A program made the position numbers and the translations under genes. The notes under the pieces were generated by a model. That model did no database searches. It worked only from the letters and a program-made list of their open reading frames with translations, and was not told the DNA's origin. Positions 60,930 to 64,000 of a DNA stretch of 64,000 nt are shown here, in pieces; the first letter of the stretch is position 1, and the number at the start of each line of letters is the position of its first letter. The stretch is from contig CATNEN010000011.1 of the NCBI GenBank assembly GCA_950097015.1, forward strand, positions 3,844,001 to 3,908,000. Reading direction: 5' to 3'. Origin of the DNA: Macrostomum hystrix (taxonomy: Eukaryota > Animalia > Platyhelminthes).

Positions 60930-61540
60930 GAGCATATTTAGTTTATTGCATTGTTACTTTTATGATGATATCCCAACTAGTCTATTTTGGTGGAAGAGCT
61001 GGCTATATAGTAATTTGCAAGGCTCAAGTGCTACTACTACCTTCAACTTCTAAGGACAAGGCATTGGAAGTGACACAGACAGACAAAAAACCATAGTTGA
61101 AAAGTCCATTGCAGACCAATCATCTGCCATTCTGGAGGAAGATAAGTTGTCAGTGCAGAATGATGGCAATTGTCTAGAGAAGGGCACCTGGGCTGTCATG
61201 CCTCAGGCTTTAAAAGAGCCTGCTCAACCTAACCCACTTTGGACACCTTGACACCAGTCAAAAGAAGCAGCACTGCAGAGGCAAGAAGCAGTCTAGTGGC
61301 CAAATTTTGATAGCAATATTGATAACTTCCTGAAAAATTTCCAGCCACACACTATGAGCAAGAAGTCCTTTAAACCACTATGAATGCTGCTCACTGTTCT
61401 GCCATTTAATTCTGGTGGTTCACAACCTGCATTTGAAAATGGCCAGAATTTACATACTTGCCATCTGTGACCTCTACACAAGTGATTAACATGCTTAAGT
61501 CATTGTTTGCCAGATGGGGACTCACAAAGGTCATCAACAT
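60930..61540 (+). mobile_element. Degenerate Ty3/gypsy integrase remnant
   Basis: DKLSVQNDGNCLEKGTWAVMPQALK, RQEAV*WPNFDSNIDNFLKN and KWPEFTYLPSVTSTQVINMLKSLFARWGLTKVI in broken frames. Confidence 0.65.
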
Positions 61541-61649
61541 GTATGATAGGCCAGAGTTAGGGTTAGGGCACTTGATGAGAACTGGCACTCGATTAGAACT
61601 GGCACTCGATTAAAACTGGCACTCATACTTTTTTGTCTAAACCTACACA

Positions 61650-62520
61650 GGACTGTAATTTTCCTCGCCATTGGAATGGCCATCTGCTTCGGTGATGGCA
61701 ATGCGGCGTTGCTTCGTTCTGCAAAATATCGGATGCACGCCGCTGGTTGAAGAACCCGAACGAGCCACTTAAAGTCAAGTCGCACAAGAGCTCAGGAAAG
61801 TACGGACAAGCCTGGGCCAGTGTGACATGCTGCACCGACCTGCTCATGCAGGTATTTGCCCAGCGCTTTGCTGACAGACCCGCTGACGAAAATTTGGCGC
61901 TCAAATTTCCCTATGGGTCATTCGATCGGCTTTTTTATCAATATCGCCAGCGCTACTAGCCGTTGCTCGCCAATGTTACGGTCTCTAAGTTCAGAAAGTG
62001 GCTGGAGACCATGGGCTTCGAAAACGTCACAGCCGAGGAGCAGCGACTGATGGCAGACGATCAAGGCCACACTGAAGGTGTTCAAAGGCAATTTTACCAG
62101 GTAATTTATTCTTTACTACTGCAACCGTGGTCTGTAGCAGCACACGCCTGGGCTGACCGGCTGGCTGCGTCGAAAATTCCTCCACCTAGAATCGGGTCAC
62201 GCGAGGAACGAGTGGCTAAAGCGCAGCACAAGCTGACGCAGTATTTGCTCAAGATCGTTTTCCTGCGCCATGACCAGGCACTGCCGCAGAGGGCTCACAT
62301 ATGGCCGTCGATTCGGTCCCTACGCAGTGCGATGGATACGGCCAGGGCCATCACGGCCATGGAAACGGTTGCTGACAGACTATGGCGGGCTCTGAGTACC
62401 GGCGACAAGCAAGCCTTCAGGACTCTGCTAAACATTGAGGTTTGCTGGATCCTCATCCAGCTAGGCTGGATACATTACGAGGAGCCACCACCACAGTTTG
62501 AATTTAGAAAAAAGGACTGA
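61650..62520 (+). pseudogene. Unidentified GC-rich coding-like segment, possibly a disrupted gene for a secreted protein
   Basis: Acceptor at 61650. Hydrophobic stretch VIFLAIGMAICFG. ORFs 61747-61959 and 61963-62520 share a frame and are separated by one TAG. No family recognised. Confidence 0.35.
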
Positions 62521-64000
62521 CTAAATGCTTTTATAAATTCTTTGTGTGTATGCTTTATGGACATTTATTTTTGTGTGTTTCTACTTATCTTCACCATACT
62601 TTGTATCTGCGAGTGTTAATTGTTTTTGTTAACATGTTTTTGAAGAACTTTTTGCTATGTGTTTTGCTAATAATCCTTCGCTTATTATTCAGCATTATTA
62701 GTAAGAGGAGGCAGCTATAGTAGGCTAATTTGAATTTGTGCTAAAATATGTTACGTATAGGGTAATGTATCATCAACCAAACAAGAATGTGTATTTTTTT
62801 AACTTCAAACCTAAGCTACAGATTTTCTATTTAAGATATGATGATAAATCAAAAGCCAAGTTATAGAAAACAGTTACATCTTTCTAAAAAGTATCTGCTT
62901 TTGCTATTTTGACAAATAGAAAAAATGTTATTCCTGCTTTTTATCTAAAACAGAACAATGATTTTCATGTATCTTCAAACCAAACAGCGAATTTGATGTT
63001 TGGTTTTACTATTTGAGTGAGTGGTTTAATCTTATTTTTAAGGAGTGATCTATCATGAATTATGTCATTTGAAAGCATTTTTTCATGCTCTATAAATAAC
63101 TACATTTATGGTCATTTAATTGGCAAGCAACCGCATACAATCTTCGTCTAAAGTACATACTGAAAAAATGTTGTTAAAAAGTATGCTTTTGCAATAAAAA
63201 TTTCTACTGAAACATCAATATCTTTTTTTCCTCTTAATACTTCATTGCACATCATGCCTCAGCTTGTAGATAATTTCTTCAACTTTCAAATTAGTTGTTC
63301 TGTGAAACACAATAGCTTGTTTCTGTCTTGCGCGAGACCAAGGAAGGAGTCAAAATTCTTGTTTGGTTTTGAAGATACACTGTTCGGTTGATGATACATT
63401 ACCCTATGCTTATAATATTTGACCTATTCAATTTGTTTAAAATGTAAAAATATACTGTGTATACATTCAGCGAATTTGGGAAAATTACTATAAATAGAGA
63501 CAGAAGGGACTGGAAATAGCTAACCGTTTCGTGCCCATTATTAGATATTAGGCCTAGGCCTACGATAGGTTGCTAATAAATTGCAGTTTACTATAGTTTT
63601 TATGATCTATATATCTAAAATAGTTGTTTAGTTGAAGTTTGTTTATGACTAGATTTTATGAAAAAGATTAAATCAAGTCTAATTTTAACTATTTTTAGCA
63701 CAAATGAAAAATAATTAGGCCCTAGGCCTACCAACAAACAAATTAATAAAACATAAGCTTAGGCCTATTCACAAAGCTAAGCTGAAAAATTAGCCTAGTC
63801 ATTGAAATTAGGCATAACTGAAAATATATAGGCCTAGCTCTGATATTCAATAAAAACGTTTGACAGCTTGGAGTTAGCATAAGCAAGCCTAGCCCTAGAT
63901 GATTGATGTAGGCCCCTATGTGCTGTGGGAGTGTGACGTGTTGGATTGGCTAATTAGGCATACACAATCATTGAAATGCAAGTAGTATAGCACATTGCCT

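Overview
Eukaryotic (metazoan) genomic DNA. It has AT-rich intergenic and intronic sequence, GC-richer exons with GT-AG introns, and a different minisatellite in many introns. This architecture suggests a free-living flatworm such as Macrostomum (inference, not tested). Minus-strand run 1: ACBP (17059-15776), a mitochondrial acetate:succinate/4-hydroxybutyrate-type CoA-transferase (14731-10672), ADHFE1 hydroxyacid-oxoacid transhydrogenase (7237-4808), an AIG1/ADTRP-like membrane hydrolase (two clear exons) and LZIC (runs off the left edge). Plus-strand run: a decayed RTE-type LINE, a class A GPCR pseudogene, a secreted rapunzel/cephalotoxin-like protein, an F-box/LRR protein, an NDUFV3-like protein with a coding VNTR, an ATG-less PX-domain ORF and a GALNT11-like transferase without its lectin domain. 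Minus-strand run 2: Rap1 and a CNGA/TAX-4-like channel. The window also holds two mariner remnants, hAT and CAGTAG-ended MITEs, a Merlin-like remnant, a gypsy integrase remnant and tRNA-derived SINEs. The most notable observations are (i) a co-oriented acyl-CoA/hydroxy-acid metabolic gene cluster that resembles bacterial 4-hydroxybutyrate loci and (ii) splice acceptors just upstream of most start codons, consistent with spliced-leader trans-splicing or operons. One ORF could take its initiator AUG from the leader. All family calls rest on motif recognition; no database search was run.
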